From the NCBI GenBank assembly GCA_963665655.1, contig OY762429.1:181444-245443 (forward strand): a DNA stretch of 64,000 nt, read 5' to 3'. A model generated the notes under the pieces. It was given only the letters and a program-made list of their open reading frames with translations. It had not been told where the DNA came from and did not search any database. Each line of letters opens with the position of its first letter. Position 1 is the stretch's first letter. The stretch is from Terriglobia bacterium (lineage in GTDB: Bacteria > Acidobacteriota > Terriglobia > Versatilivoradales > Versatilivoraceae). The position numbers were made by a program, and so were the translations under genes. This document shows positions 1 to 8,898 of the stretch, piece by piece.

Positions 1-123
1 ATCATCGAGGACCACCAGGGCACCATCGCCGTAGAAAGCCAGGTTGGCCGGGGGACATCCTTCCTGGTCTCGATTCCCCTGGCGGAAACCGCCACTCCCA
101 AGGAACTCGAGCAAGGCGCCTGA
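1..123 (+). CDS. C-terminal end of a sensor histidine kinase (HATPase_c), partial at window edge
   Basis: Frame 1 reads IIEDHQGTIAVESQVGRGTSFLVSIP...*, matching the HATPase_c terminal I..H.G.I.V.S..G.GT.F.V.LP pattern. Confidence 0.8.
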   Translation: MIEDHQGTIAVESQVGRGTSFLVSIPLAETATPKELEQGA

Positions 124-140
124 ATCAGCGGTTTCTTGAA

Positions 141-238
141 CGACGTTTTGCGAAATTGAGGTGGAAACGCCACCTCCCAGGGATCACAACCCTTCCCGGC
201 AATAAATCCCGCTTACTGAGGATTTTTGCAAAAGGCTC
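141..238. mobile_element. Degenerate MITE of the GAGCCTTTTGCAAAA-ended family
   Basis: Reverse complement of ~185-238 (gagccttttgcaaaaatcctcagtaagcgggatttattgccgggaagggttgtg) closely matches the MITE left end at 42311; degenerate opposite end gacgttttgcgaaatt near 142. Confidence 0.65.
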
Positions 239-324
239 GGCGCATTATTCAAGACGTTAACTCATTGAATTCATTTGAATTCTGGCCGAAACACTGTAGA
301 TGAATTTCTGAGACAGCACACTAG
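239..324. mobile_element. Truncated IS630-type MITE ending in CTAG at the xerD stop codon
   Basis: Reverse complement is near-identical to 14925-15011; end ctagtgtgctgtctcagaaatt resembles the IS630 end at 63760. Confidence 0.75.
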
Positions 325-1241
325 ATCCGGGGATGGTGTTCCCGGTAGATCTCCTTCAGGCGTTCCTTCAATACGTGGGTATAGATCTGGGTGGTGGAGA
401 TGTCGGAGTGACCCAGCATCATCTGAACCGCCCGAAGGTCGGCTCCCCGTTGCAACAGGTGGGTTGCAAAGGAATGGCGTACTGCATGGGGCTTGAGAGG
501 GGACCGGATCCCCGCCAGTTCGCCGTAACGCCGGAGCATCTTCCAGAACCCCTGGCGAGTCATCCCCTGCCCTCGGTTGGTCACAAAGATCAGGGAAGAG
601 CCCCTCCCCTTGAGCATACTCTGGCGGGCCTGATCCAGGTACTGCTCCAAGGCCTCCTTGGCGGAGTTGCCCAGAGGAACCGCCCTGACCTTTCCGCCCT
701 TTCCCTGACAGTCGAGATATCCCGCCTCCAGTTTCAGGTCCCTGACCCGCAGGGACACGAGCTCGGAAACGCGCAGACCGGTCGCATAGAGCACTTCCAG
801 CATGGCCTTGTCTCTGAGCCGCATGGCCTTGTCTCCGGGGCGGCGGGGCTTCTTCCGGTCGGGCTGGGACAGCAGCTTCTCCACCTGGTCCAGTGACAGC
901 ACCTTGGGCAACTTCTTCCAGACTGCGGGCGCCTCCAGGTTTTCCGAGGGGTCTTCGGTCCGTTTTCCTTCCAGCACCAACCAGCGGCAAAAGCCGCGAA
1001 CCGTGACCAGGATTCTGGAAATGGAGCGGGCGGAAATGGGTTGGCCGACCCGCGGTTTCCGCTGAAGCGTTCGGACAAATTCCTGCAGGTGGCCCTGAGT
1101 CAGGGATCCGAGAGAGATTTTCCGAGCTTCCAGGAACAACCGGAGCTTTGCCAGATCCGACTTGTAGGCGTTCAAGGTGTTTCTGGAGAGCCCTTTTTCG
1201 ACCGCAAGGTAGTTGATGAATCCTGATATTTCGCTGATCAT
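321..1241 (-). CDS. xerD: Site-specific tyrosine recombinase XerD
   Basis: EKGLSRNTLNAYKSDL N-terminus; YATGLRVSEL, HAVRHSFATH, LGHSDISTTQIY catalytic motifs; ends HHPR. Confidence 0.93.
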   Translation of the reverse strand: MISEISGFINYLAVEKGLSRNTLNAYKSDLAKLRLFLEARKISLGSLTQGHLQEFVRTLQRKPRVGQPISARSISRILVTVRGFCRWLVLEGKRTEDPSENLEAPAVWKKLPKVLSLDQVEKLLSQPDRKKPRRPGDKAMRLRDKAMLEVLYATGLRVSELVSLRVRDLKLEAGYLDCQGKGGKVRAVPLGNSAKEALEQYLDQARQSMLKGRGSSLIFVTNRGQGMTRQGFWKMLRRYGELAGIRSPLKPHAVRHSFATHLLQRGADLRAVQMMLGHSDISTTQIYTHVLKERLKEIYREHHPRI

Positions 1242-1322
1242 TGCCGCATGGGTTTCCTTGACGCCACTGTTATCCTAATATAATTTCAGCCGTTGCCGGA
1301 AGCTGCCCCGAGCCTGCCCGCC

Positions 1323-2339
1323 ATGACTCTAGCCGAGATTGCCAAGGCTCTGAACTGCGACCTCGAGGGGGACGGCGATCTGCCTATCAGCGGCGTCGCC
1401 CCCATTGACGACGCCCGGCCCGGCGAGCTGACTTTTCTTGCCAACCGCAAATACCGGAAGAGCCTTCGTTCCACCCGGGCTTCGGCCATCATCGTTTCCA
1501 GGGACTTTCCCCCCTTGACCGTCAGCACGCTCCGCTCCGGCAACCCCTACCTGAGTTTCGCCCAATCGATCGATCTGTTTTACAAGGCCCCGCTTCCGCC
1601 GCCGGGCATCCATGCGACGGCCGTTATTGCCGACACCGCGGTGATCGGCAGCAACCCCTCGATCGGGCCCTTTGCGATTGTCGACCGGGATGTGGTCATC
1701 GGGGACAACGTCGTGTTGCATCCTCATGTGGTGATCTATTCCGGCGTGACTATCGGCCACGATTTTACGGCCCACTCCCATGCCTGCATTCGCGAGAACT
1801 GCTCCATTGGCAACGGGGTGACCCTGCAGAACGGCGTGGTCATCGGCGCCGACGGCTACGGCTTCGCCAAGCGGGAGGACGGAAGTTACGCCAAGATCAC
1901 TCAGTCCGGTCCCGTCATTCTGGAGGATGAGGTCGAGGTTCAGGCCAACGCCACCGTGGACCGGGCGGCCGTGGGCGAGACCCGCATCTGCAAGGGAGCC
2001 AAGGTGGACAATCTCGTCCAGGTGGGACACGGCTCCAGGGTGGGTCGCAACACCCTTCTCTGCGCCCAGGTGGGCCTCGCCGGAAGCACCGACGTGGGTG
2101 ACGACGTGATCTTGACCGGTCAGGTCGGCGTGGCCGGCCATTGCCGGATCGGCGACGGCGCCATCGCAACCGCCCAGACGGGAATCCCCTCCGACGTCGA
2201 ACCGGGCAAACTGGTCTCCGGCTATCCCGCCATTGACAACCGGCTTTGGTTGAAGTGTTCGGCGATCTTCACCAAGCTGCCGGAAATGAACAAGTCTCTC
2301 AGACAACTTCAACGAAAAGTTGAAGACCTGATGAAGTAA
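1323..2339 (+). CDS. lpxD: UDP-3-O-(3-hydroxyacyl)glucosamine N-acyltransferase
   Basis: MTLAEIA N-domain, hexapeptide repeats, IGADGYGF and [10 protein letters not shown] motifs. Confidence 0.93.
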   Translation: MTLAEIAKALNCDLEGDGDLPISGVAPIDDARPGELTFLANRKYRKSLRSTRASAIIVSRDFPPLTVSTLRSGNPYLSFAQSIDLFYKAPLPPPGIHATAVIADTAVIGSNPSIGPFAIVDRDVVIGDNVVLHPHVVIYSGVTIGHDFTAHSHACIRENCSIGNGVTLQNGVVIGADGYGFAKREDGSYAKITQSGPVILEDEVEVQANATVDRAAVGETRICKGAKVDNLVQVGHGSRVGRNTLLCAQVGLAGSTDVGDDVILTGQVGVAGHCRIGDGAIATAQTGIPSDVEPGKLVSGYPAIDNRLWLKCSAIFTKLPEMNKSLRQLQRKVEDLMK

Positions 2340-2369
2340 CTTGCATTCACTTCCCCGGCGGTTGCCCTG

Positions 2370-3953
2370 ATGACCCAAGAGTCCCCTCCGCTAGTCAAGT
2401 CCGCCGGGCTGATCAGCCTTGCGACCATCATCAGCAGGATCCTGGGACTGGTGCGGGAAACCATCCTGGCAGCTCTGTTCACCCGCTTCCAAACCGACGC
2501 CTTCTACGCCGCATTCAGGATCCCCAATCTTTTGAGGGATCTCTTCGCCGAAGGGGCCATGAGTGCGGCTTTCGTGCCCACTTTCACCAGGATCCTGCAG
2601 CGTCAGGGCTCCCGGGCCGCCTGGCGTCTGGCCTCCCTGATCATCAATGTCCTGGTGATTGTCCTGGGACTGATCGTCCTGCTGGGAATCTTCAATGCCT
2701 CCTGGCTGGTGGACAACATCGTCGGCGGATTCAAGGACGAACCGGGCAAGTCCGAGCTCACCGTCCTGTTGACCCGGATCATGCTGCCCTTCCTGCTGCT
2801 GGTGGCCCTGGCTGCCGTCGCCATGGGAATGCTGAACTGTCACGGCAAGTTCTTCATTCCGGCCCTGGCGCCGGCCGTTTTCAACCTGGGATCCATTCTG
2901 GTGGCGCTTTCGCTGTACTGGCTGCTGCCGGCCTATGGAATCGACCCGGTGGCGGGAATGGCCGTAGGGGTCATCTTCGGCGGGGCGCTACAAGCGGTGG
3001 TTCAGCTCCCGTCCCTCCTCAAACTCGGTTTTCGCTACAGCCTGGGTTTTTCCTTCGACCATCCGGGCCTCAAGAAGATCCTGCTGCTGATGGGGCCGGG
3101 AGCCCTGGGCCTGGGCGCCACCCAGGTCAACCTCCTGGTGAACACATGGCTGGCAAGCTACCAGCAGCAGGGGGCAATAACCTGGCTGAACCTGGCATTT
3201 CGCGTGATGTATCTACCCATCGGCATCTTCGGAGTGGCCATCGCTTCGGCGGCTCTGCCTACCCTTTCCTCCCACGCCACGCACCATCGGTCCCAGCAAC
3301 TTCGCGACACCCTTTCCTCCTCCTTGCGCCTCTCGCTCTTCTTCAACGTTCCGGCATCTCTGGGACTCATCTGCCTCAGCCATCCGGTGGTGTCCCTGAT
3401 CTACGAACGCGGACGATTCACCGCTGCCGACACCCAGGAGACCGGGTGGGCGCTCATCTATTACTCTCTGGGCCTGGCTGCCTATTCGGCAATCAAGCTC
3501 ATGGTGCCGGCCTTCTATGCGCTGGATAGACCCCGCATCCCGGTTCTCATCAGCGCCGCAACCGTGGCCCTCAGCATCACGGCCAACTTGCTGCTCATCG
3601 ACCACCTCGGTTACCGGGTGCTGGCGCTGGTCACCTCCCTGGCAGCACTGCTCAATGCTTTTCTTCTCTACCACTGGCTGCAGAAGACCGCCGGCCCCCT
3701 GCAAACGGCGAAGATCCTGACCACTTTCCTCAAGGTCCTGGGGGCCTCTCTGGTGATGGCGCTGGGCACCTTCGCTCTTTACCAATGGATGGCCGACGCC
3801 ATTTTGCCGGCCACCCTTTTCCCGAAAGCCCTGATCCTTGTCCTCTCGGTAGCGGCCGGAGTCTCGATCTACGCGCTTTGCTGCAGACTCTTCGGAGTGC
3901 CGGAGCTGGGTCAGGCGTTGGAGTTGATCGGAAGGAAATTGCGGTCGAAATGA
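2370..3953 (+). CDS. murJ: Lipid II flippase MurJ (MviN)
   Basis: SRILGLVRE, DAFYAAFRIPNLLRDLFAEGAMSAAFVP; many transmembrane helices. Confidence 0.95.
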   Translation: MTQESPPLVKSAGLISLATIISRILGLVRETILAALFTRFQTDAFYAAFRIPNLLRDLFAEGAMSAAFVPTFTRILQRQGSRAAWRLASLIINVLVIVLGLIVLLGIFNASWLVDNIVGGFKDEPGKSELTVLLTRIMLPFLLLVALAAVAMGMLNCHGKFFIPALAPAVFNLGSILVALSLYWLLPAYGIDPVAGMAVGVIFGGALQAVVQLPSLLKLGFRYSLGFSFDHPGLKKILLLMGPGALGLGATQVNLLVNTWLASYQQQGAITWLNLAFRVMYLPIGIFGVAIASAALPTLSSHATHHRSQQLRDTLSSSLRLSLFFNVPASLGLICLSHPVVSLIYERGRFTAADTQETGWALIYYSLGLAAYSAIKLMVPAFYALDRPRIPVLISAATVALSITANLLLIDHLGYRVLALVTSLAALLNAFLLYHWLQKTAGPLQTAKILTTFLKVLGASLVMALGTFALYQWMADAILPATLFPKALILVLSVAAGVSIYALCCRLFGVPELGQALELIGRKLRSK

Positions 3954-3995
3954 GGTGGGCTGCGGTCAAACCCGGGGATTCCGCGAGCCTCCGGG

Positions 3996-4319
3996 CTACC
4001 GGTTCGGGTTGGGAGCCATCACCACCAGCAGGTTGAGGGGTTGCGTGGTATGGTTGGTCACGCCGTGGACGGCTCCGGAAGGAGCCAGCACAATCTCTCC
4101 GGACTGGAGCACTTTCTCTTCCTCCCCCACCACAAAGGTTCCCCGTCCCTGCAGAACGAAATAGATCTTGTCGGCGCCCTGATGGGTATGGGGCTTCTGG
4201 GATTGTCCGGGGCGCAGGCAATAGAGATCGCAAAAGAGGTTGGCCGTGTCGAACAGGCTGACCTTCTTCATTTTCTCAGAGGAAAATTCCTGCTTGCCGA
4301 GTACTTCAATAGCTTGCAT
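3996..4319 (-). CDS. Cupin domain protein
   Basis: PGQSQKPHTH...DKIYFVLQG...APSGAVHGVTN cupin-2 motifs; ATG at 4319. Confidence 0.85.
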   Translation of the reverse strand: MQAIEVLGKQEFSSEKMKKVSLFDTANLFCDLYCLRPGQSQKPHTHQGADKIYFVLQGRGTFVVGEEEKVLQSGEIVLAPSGAVHGVTNHTTQPLNLLVVMAPNPNR

Positions 4320-4596
4320 GTGACGATGCCTCTCTCTGGTTGGGGCCGGTCGAATGAAAGCCACGGCGCCACCGTGGACCGGCGCTTGCACCGCCCCCCA
4401 CAAAGTGAACGATCTCAACCCGATCCCCGTTGGCCAGGGCGGTTGTCGCCCAGTGCTTCTTCTTGAGGATATGGAGGTTGTATTCGACCGCCAGGCGCTC
4501 CGGAACCAGGCCCAGCTCCCGGACCAGCGCCTCCACCGTGGTCCCGGCCTCCAGCTTTCGGCTCTCTCCGTTCAGCAGAATTTCAACCGAAGCCAT
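4306..4596 (-). CDS. thiS: ThiS-like sulfur carrier with a C-terminal extension
   Basis: ILLNGE...LAVEYN...GDRVEIVHFVGGG, then the frame continues 27 residues past the GGG. Confidence 0.8.
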   Translation of the reverse strand: MASVEILLNGESRKLEAGTTVEALVRELGLVPERLAVEYNLHILKKKHWATTALANGDRVEIVHFVGGGASAGPRWRRGFHSTGPNQREASSHASY

Positions 4597-4754
4597 GGCT
4601 TCCCTTCCCCTGCCCAAGAATTGGACCGGCTGCGCCGCCGTTCCGCCCGCCTCAAGGTATCGTATCGGGAGGTCTCTTTGGAAGGGGTTTGTCTGGAGCG
4701 CCCCTGTTTCGCCTGCTATGAGCCGCCTCGTCGTATGGGATGACGGTGTGGCCA

Positions 4755-4796
4755 AGTGAAGAGTGGAGAGTGGAGAGTGAAGAGTGGAGAGTGAAG
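4755..4796 (+). repeat. Heptamer tandem repeat (AGTGRAG)x6
   Basis: agtgaag agtggag agtggag agtgaag agtggag agtgaag read directly. Confidence 0.9.
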
Positions 4797-4960
4797 AGCT
4801 ATTTGATCGATACGTTAAGCACCGTACCTGAAACAACAGAAAAAAAGAGTTATCCACGAAGGGCCGCCAAGCGGGGCGATTCAACAGGCTCTGGTTCTGC
4901 ATGGTGTCTATTTTCCACCGCTACAATCCACGACAGCAGTTCCAGGAGCTTGCGATAATG

Positions 4961-4983
4961 GACTAAGTTATATAGACTAAGTT
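4961..4983 (+). promoter_or_regulatory. Direct repeat GACTAAGTT x2, probable TA autoregulatory operator
   Basis: gactaagtt at 4961 and 4975, directly upstream of the antitoxin RBS (aaggag). Confidence 0.55.
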
Positions 4984-4997
4984 CAAGGAGTCAGGTC

Positions 4998-5243
4998 ATG
5001 CGTACATTCAACATGCACGAAGCCAAGACCCATCTGTCACGTCTCGTCGAGGCTGCCGCCAATGGCGAGCCGTTCATTATCGCCCGCGCGGGCAAGCCCG
5101 TCGTCAAAGTCGTCGCCGTGGAAGCGCCGAGCGCCGGGGCCGCCCGTCGGATCGGATTCATGGCCGGAAAAATCTCGGTACCCAAGAATTTCGACCGCAT
5201 GGGTTCCGAAGAGATCGAAGCCGTGTTCGAAGGTAACGGTTGA
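4998..5243 (+). CDS. Phd/YefM-family antitoxin
   Basis: NMHEAKTHLSRLVE...GEPFIIARAGKPV signature; overlaps the toxin start. Confidence 0.92.
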   Translation: MRTFNMHEAKTHLSRLVEAAANGEPFIIARAGKPVVKVVAVEAPSAGAARRIGFMAGKISVPKNFDRMGSEEIEAVFEGNG

Positions 5244-5626
5244 ATCTCCTTCTCGACACACATGTCTTGCTTTGGGCAGCGAGCGCCTCGCGTCGATTGC
5301 CGACCGATGCGCGTGCGCTGTTGGAAGACCCGGAGAACGAGTTGGTCTTTAGCGCCGCTTCGCTCTGGGAGGTAGCCATCAAGAGGGGACTCCGTCAAGA
5401 GGAGTTCAGCGCCGACCCGCGCCTGCTGCGCCGGGGGTTGCTGGAGAACGGTTATGTGGAATTGCCTGTAACCGGCGCTCACGCAGCGGCTGTGGATCTG
5501 CTTCCTCCCATACACAAGGATCCGTTCGACCGCATCCTGATCGCGCAGGCCCAGATCGAAGGGCTTACGCTCCTGACGGCGTACGAAGTCGTCGCGCGCT
5601 ATCCGGGTCCGATCCAGTTGCTTTGA
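5240..5626 (+). CDS. vapC: VapC-family PIN toxin
   Basis: LLLDTHVLLW, SAASLWEVAIK, HKDPFDRILIAQA. Confidence 0.92.
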   Translation: MNLLLDTHVLLWAASASRRLPTDARALLEDPENELVFSAASLWEVAIKRGLRQEEFSADPRLLRRGLLENGYVELPVTGAHAAAVDLLPPIHKDPFDRILIAQAQIEGLTLLTAYEVVARYPGPIQLL

Positions 5627-5650
5627 CCACCCCCAAAATCCCGCAGTTCG

Positions 5651-6262
5651 TCAGAAGCCCGACGGCATTGGGCGACATGCGGGCTCTGGTTTCCTGGCGC
5701 AAATGCGGGCCGTGGCCGCCTGCGAGTGGGGGGATTCCGGGTGTATGCCCTCGGCATAGTCGAGAACTTCCCAATCACCGAAAGCCGTGAGCAATTCCTT
5801 TTCGGCGAGCCGATAGCGGGGTTGATCCTTGTCCGGCCGTTGCGGATCGGTCACGAAGGTTTCCATGAGAAAGACACCTCCGGGCTTGAGGCATTTCCTG
5901 ATTTGGGGGAAAAGAGGGCGATTCAAAAAGAAAAAGCAAAGGACCGCATCGAAACGATTCACCGGCAACGGGAAAACATCCAGGTCGGCAACGATCAGCT
6001 CGAGCCCCAAGCCACGATTCAAGGCTGTCTGACGCTGTGCCCTGACGGCACGTTCCGAGATGTCGATCCCGAGTACCGAAGCTCCCCGGGCAGCCAGGTA
6101 CAGGGCGTTGCCTCCAAGTCCCATGCCCAGATCAACCACGCGTCCGCGCGAAACAACCCGGCTCCAACGGCGCAGCCACCGGGCTGGAGGCTTGGGGGGA
6201 AGCCGACCGGAAGGCAACCCGGCGTATCTGGCTTGCCACTTTTCCTGCTCGAACCTGGTCAT
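5651..6262 (-). CDS. Class I SAM-dependent methyltransferase (TehB-like)
   Basis: VVDLGMGLGGNALYLA motif I, GIDIS, LKPGG. Confidence 0.85.
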   Translation of the reverse strand: MTRFEQEKWQARYAGLPSGRLPPKPPARWLRRWSRVVSRGRVVDLGMGLGGNALYLAARGASVLGIDISERAVRAQRQTALNRGLGLELIVADLDVFPLPVNRFDAVLCFFFLNRPLFPQIRKCLKPGGVFLMETFVTDPQRPDKDQPRYRLAEKELLTAFGDWEVLDYAEGIHPESPHSQAATARICARKPEPACRPMPSGF

Positions 6263-6391
6263 GACTCAATCCCCGTGATGCAAGGAAAATGAAGTAGCGA
6301 TCTCCATTGAACGATTCAAGATACAGATATTAATCCATTTAGAGGTTTTCTTCCTGCTCCCTGCTCAATTCCAATAAGTTCAAATTCCCGC

Positions 6392-6421
6392 TTGACAACC
6401 CGTGCCTCACCCCGCTATAGT
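6392..6421 (+). promoter_or_regulatory. Sigma70-type promoter TTGACA-N18-TATAGT
   Basis: ttgaca at 6392, tatagt at 6416. Confidence 0.6.
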
Positions 6422-6471
6422 CACCGATTAACGGTGGGTATTGACTTGCTTGGTCAACCCTCTCCTCTTTG

Positions 6472-6504
6472 AAGATGCCCATCCCTCGGGATGGGCATTT
6501 TCTT
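6472..6504 (+). terminator. Rho-independent terminator upstream of tRNA-Thr
   Basis: atgcccatccc-tc-gggatgggcat stem followed by tttctt. Confidence 0.75.
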
Positions 6505-6529
6505 GTGTCGGCAAGCCCATCCGACTCGG

Positions 6530-6605
6530 GCCGACGTAGCTCAGATGGTAGAGCGGTCGATTCGTAATCGACAGGTCAGCGGTTCAATCCCGCTCGTCGG
6601 CTCCA
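6530..6605 (+). tRNA. tRNA-Thr (anticodon CGT)
   Basis: gccgacg acceptor stem, tagctcag..ggtagagc D-arm, tcgattCGTaatcga anticodon arm, ggttcaatccc T-arm, encoded CCA. Confidence 0.96.
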
Positions 6606-6838
6606 TTCCCAGGGACCGTAGCCCGCATTTCCCGCCCGGCAGCCGCGGCGCCGACCGCCAGTCCGGCCACGGCTGGTCGACAGGGTCCGCGGAGTACTCG
6701 GCAGACAGTTTTTGCTGGACATTTCCAACTCGAAGTTGGTAGCCTGTTTTGGGCTAACCAAAGTCCTGTGACTCGGTTACGGCCCCAATCATCCTGCCTT
6801 GATAGTGTGCGGTCTCAATTCCCTCAGTCCCGGAGGCA

Positions 6839-8818
6839 TTGATGTACACAGACCACATGTTTAGAGAGGGTCGGAACCGAAGCTGGTGGCACCAGCTTTC
6901 GGGATCGTCCTTTCTCTCCGGTGTAGCCGATCTGACCTGGAAGACCTTCCAGGCCGTCAATCGAAGCCTCCCGGAGGGACAACTCCCGAACCCTCGCTGG
7001 GCTCCAGGCAAAATGCTCAAGAGCCGCGAACGCTCGGCTCCCACCCTGGGATTCCCCAGGATTACCGACTCCTTGTGCCCGCGCTGCGTGCCCGAGGTCC
7101 GCAATGCCATCATCAACGGCGAAGCCGACCTCTCCACCCTGATGTCGGGACACCCGGGCGAAATCAAGGCCCAGATTCTGGAAGAGGGCGGCAAGGTGAT
7201 CATGAGAAAGGTGTGCGACAAGCACGGGCCTTTCGAAGACGTGCTCTCCACCAGCCCCGAATTTACCCGCCGAATCGAAGGTCTCTTCTTCGGACGGGAT
7301 TTCCGTTGCTCCGACGATGACCACGTCCATCGCCATGGAAACTCCAGCATCAAGTTCGGACGGGGCGCCGTGCTGACGGTGGATTTGACCAACCGATGCA
7401 ACATGATGTGCAATCCCTGCTTCATGGATGCCAATCAGGTCGGCTACGTTCATCAACCGGAGTTTGAAGACATCAAGGCCATTCTGGACCGTGCCGTCTC
7501 CTACAAGCCACGTCGCCAGGTGATCATTCTTTTCTCCGGGGGAGAACCGACCCTGTCCCCATACTTCATCGAAGCCGTCGCCTACGCCAAGAAGATCGGA
7601 TTCTATCGAGTTCTGGCGGCCACCAACGGAATTCGCTTCGCACAGAGCGAGGAGTTCACCCAGCAGGCCCATGAGGCCGGCCTTCACGGAGCCTACCTGC
7701 AATTCGACGGCACCTGCGAAGCAAGCAACAGTCACCGCGGCGTCGGCAATTTGTTCGACGTCAAGCTGCAGGCCATCGAGAACATGGCCAAGGTGGGCAT
7801 GAAGACCACCTTGGTGACCACCATCGTCAACGGCGTCAACAACCAGGGAATCGGGTCCATCGTCGATTTTGCCGCTCGCAACGTCGACAAGATTCAGACC
7901 ATCGCCTTCCAACCCGTGTCCTTCACCGGTCGGGATGAAGACGTCGAAGACAGCACCCGATACGCGCAACGCTACACCCTGTCTCAAATGACCCAGGATC
8001 TCAAGGGGCAGTTGTCGGCTGACTGGCAGCCGCTGCGAGACTGGTTTCCCCTGTCTTCCTACAGCGCCTTCACCAGCGTGATGGATCTGCTGCAGGGGGC
8101 GGATGCCTCCTGGGGATGGAGCGCCTGCAACTGCCACCCCAACTGCGGCATCTTCAGCCTGCTGGTGGTCAACCGCCGCACCCGCGAATGGACACCCCTG
8201 TTCAAGTTCTTCGACTACGAACAATTCATCCGGGACGTGGCCGTCATTACCGACACCGCTCGCGGCAAGGCCTTGACCGGGGCCCAACTGGCTTTGGCCA
8301 TCCTGCGCAACTTCAAGGCAGACCTGGCTCCCAGGGGATTTCCGATCTCGCAAATCGTCAACCTGTTCAAGCCGAGCTCGGCGCGTTCGGACAGCGACCG
8401 CAATGACCGCATGAAGACCCGCAGCGACCAGGACGACTGGCGTGTTTTGTGCGTGGAGGGCATGTGGTTCCAGGATCTGTGGACCTATGATTTCCGGCGC
8501 ACCGAAATGTGTGTCATTCCCTATGGCACCCAGGAGGGAGAAATTTCCTTCTGTGCCTACAACACCGGGGTCGGCTGGAGGCAGATCATCGAAAACATGC
8601 ACCAAACCGCCACCCTGGCGGAATGGCACAAGACCCGGGGGAGACATGACATCTTCGCCAAGGGCAAGCAGGTTCCCCTGGAGACGACCCGGCACCAGTT
8701 GACACTGCCGGTGATTCAAGACTCAGCCGCGTCCGGAAGTTGCTGCAATGACAACCCCGCCATCCTGGAAAAGGATCGAGAAGTCCTGGAAGCCGTCAAG
8801 ACCACCCATCGGGTTTAG
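6839..8818 (+). CDS. Radical SAM enzyme of the tetraether lipid synthase (Tes/GDGT-MAS, MJ0619-like) family
   Basis: N-terminal TDSLCPRC...KVCDKHG, CNMMCNPCF rSAM motif, YLQFDG, FQPVSFTGR, CHPNCG and C-terminal CVIPY...SFCAYN; exact start uncertain (6839/6842/6857). Confidence 0.8.
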   Translation: MMYTDHMFREGRNRSWWHQLSGSSFLSGVADLTWKTFQAVNRSLPEGQLPNPRWAPGKMLKSRERSAPTLGFPRITDSLCPRCVPEVRNAIINGEADLSTLMSGHPGEIKAQILEEGGKVIMRKVCDKHGPFEDVLSTSPEFTRRIEGLFFGRDFRCSDDDHVHRHGNSSIKFGRGAVLTVDLTNRCNMMCNPCFMDANQVGYVHQPEFEDIKAILDRAVSYKPRRQVIILFSGGEPTLSPYFIEAVAYAKKIGFYRVLAATNGIRFAQSEEFTQQAHEAGLHGAYLQFDGTCEASNSHRGVGNLFDVKLQAIENMAKVGMKTTLVTTIVNGVNNQGIGSIVDFAARNVDKIQTIAFQPVSFTGRDEDVEDSTRYAQRYTLSQMTQDLKGQLSADWQPLRDWFPLSSYSAFTSVMDLLQGADASWGWSACNCHPNCGIFSLLVVNRRTREWTPLFKFFDYEQFIRDVAVITDTARGKALTGAQLALAILRNFKADLAPRGFPISQIVNLFKPSSARSDSDRNDRMKTRSDQDDWRVLCVEGMWFQDLWTYDFRRTEMCVIPYGTQEGEISFCAYNTGVGWRQIIENMHQTATLAEWHKTRGRHDIFAKGKQVPLETTRHQLTLPVIQDSAASGSCCNDNPAILEKDREVLEAVKTTHRV

Positions 8819-8898
8819 CCCACATCTCTCGCCAAGCTTTATTCCATCAATCGACACCAGAACCCCGGGTCGAAGATTGCAACCTGGAAGAGGTAGGA

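Noticed and set aside
321-1241. xerD as the integrase of a mobile element
   Set aside because: The sequence is a typical chromosomal XerD and sits divergent to housekeeping lpxD-murJ.
4597-4760. Possible TPP riboswitch upstream of thiS
   Set aside because: No CTGAGA or CCTGA...AGGGA core on the minus strand.
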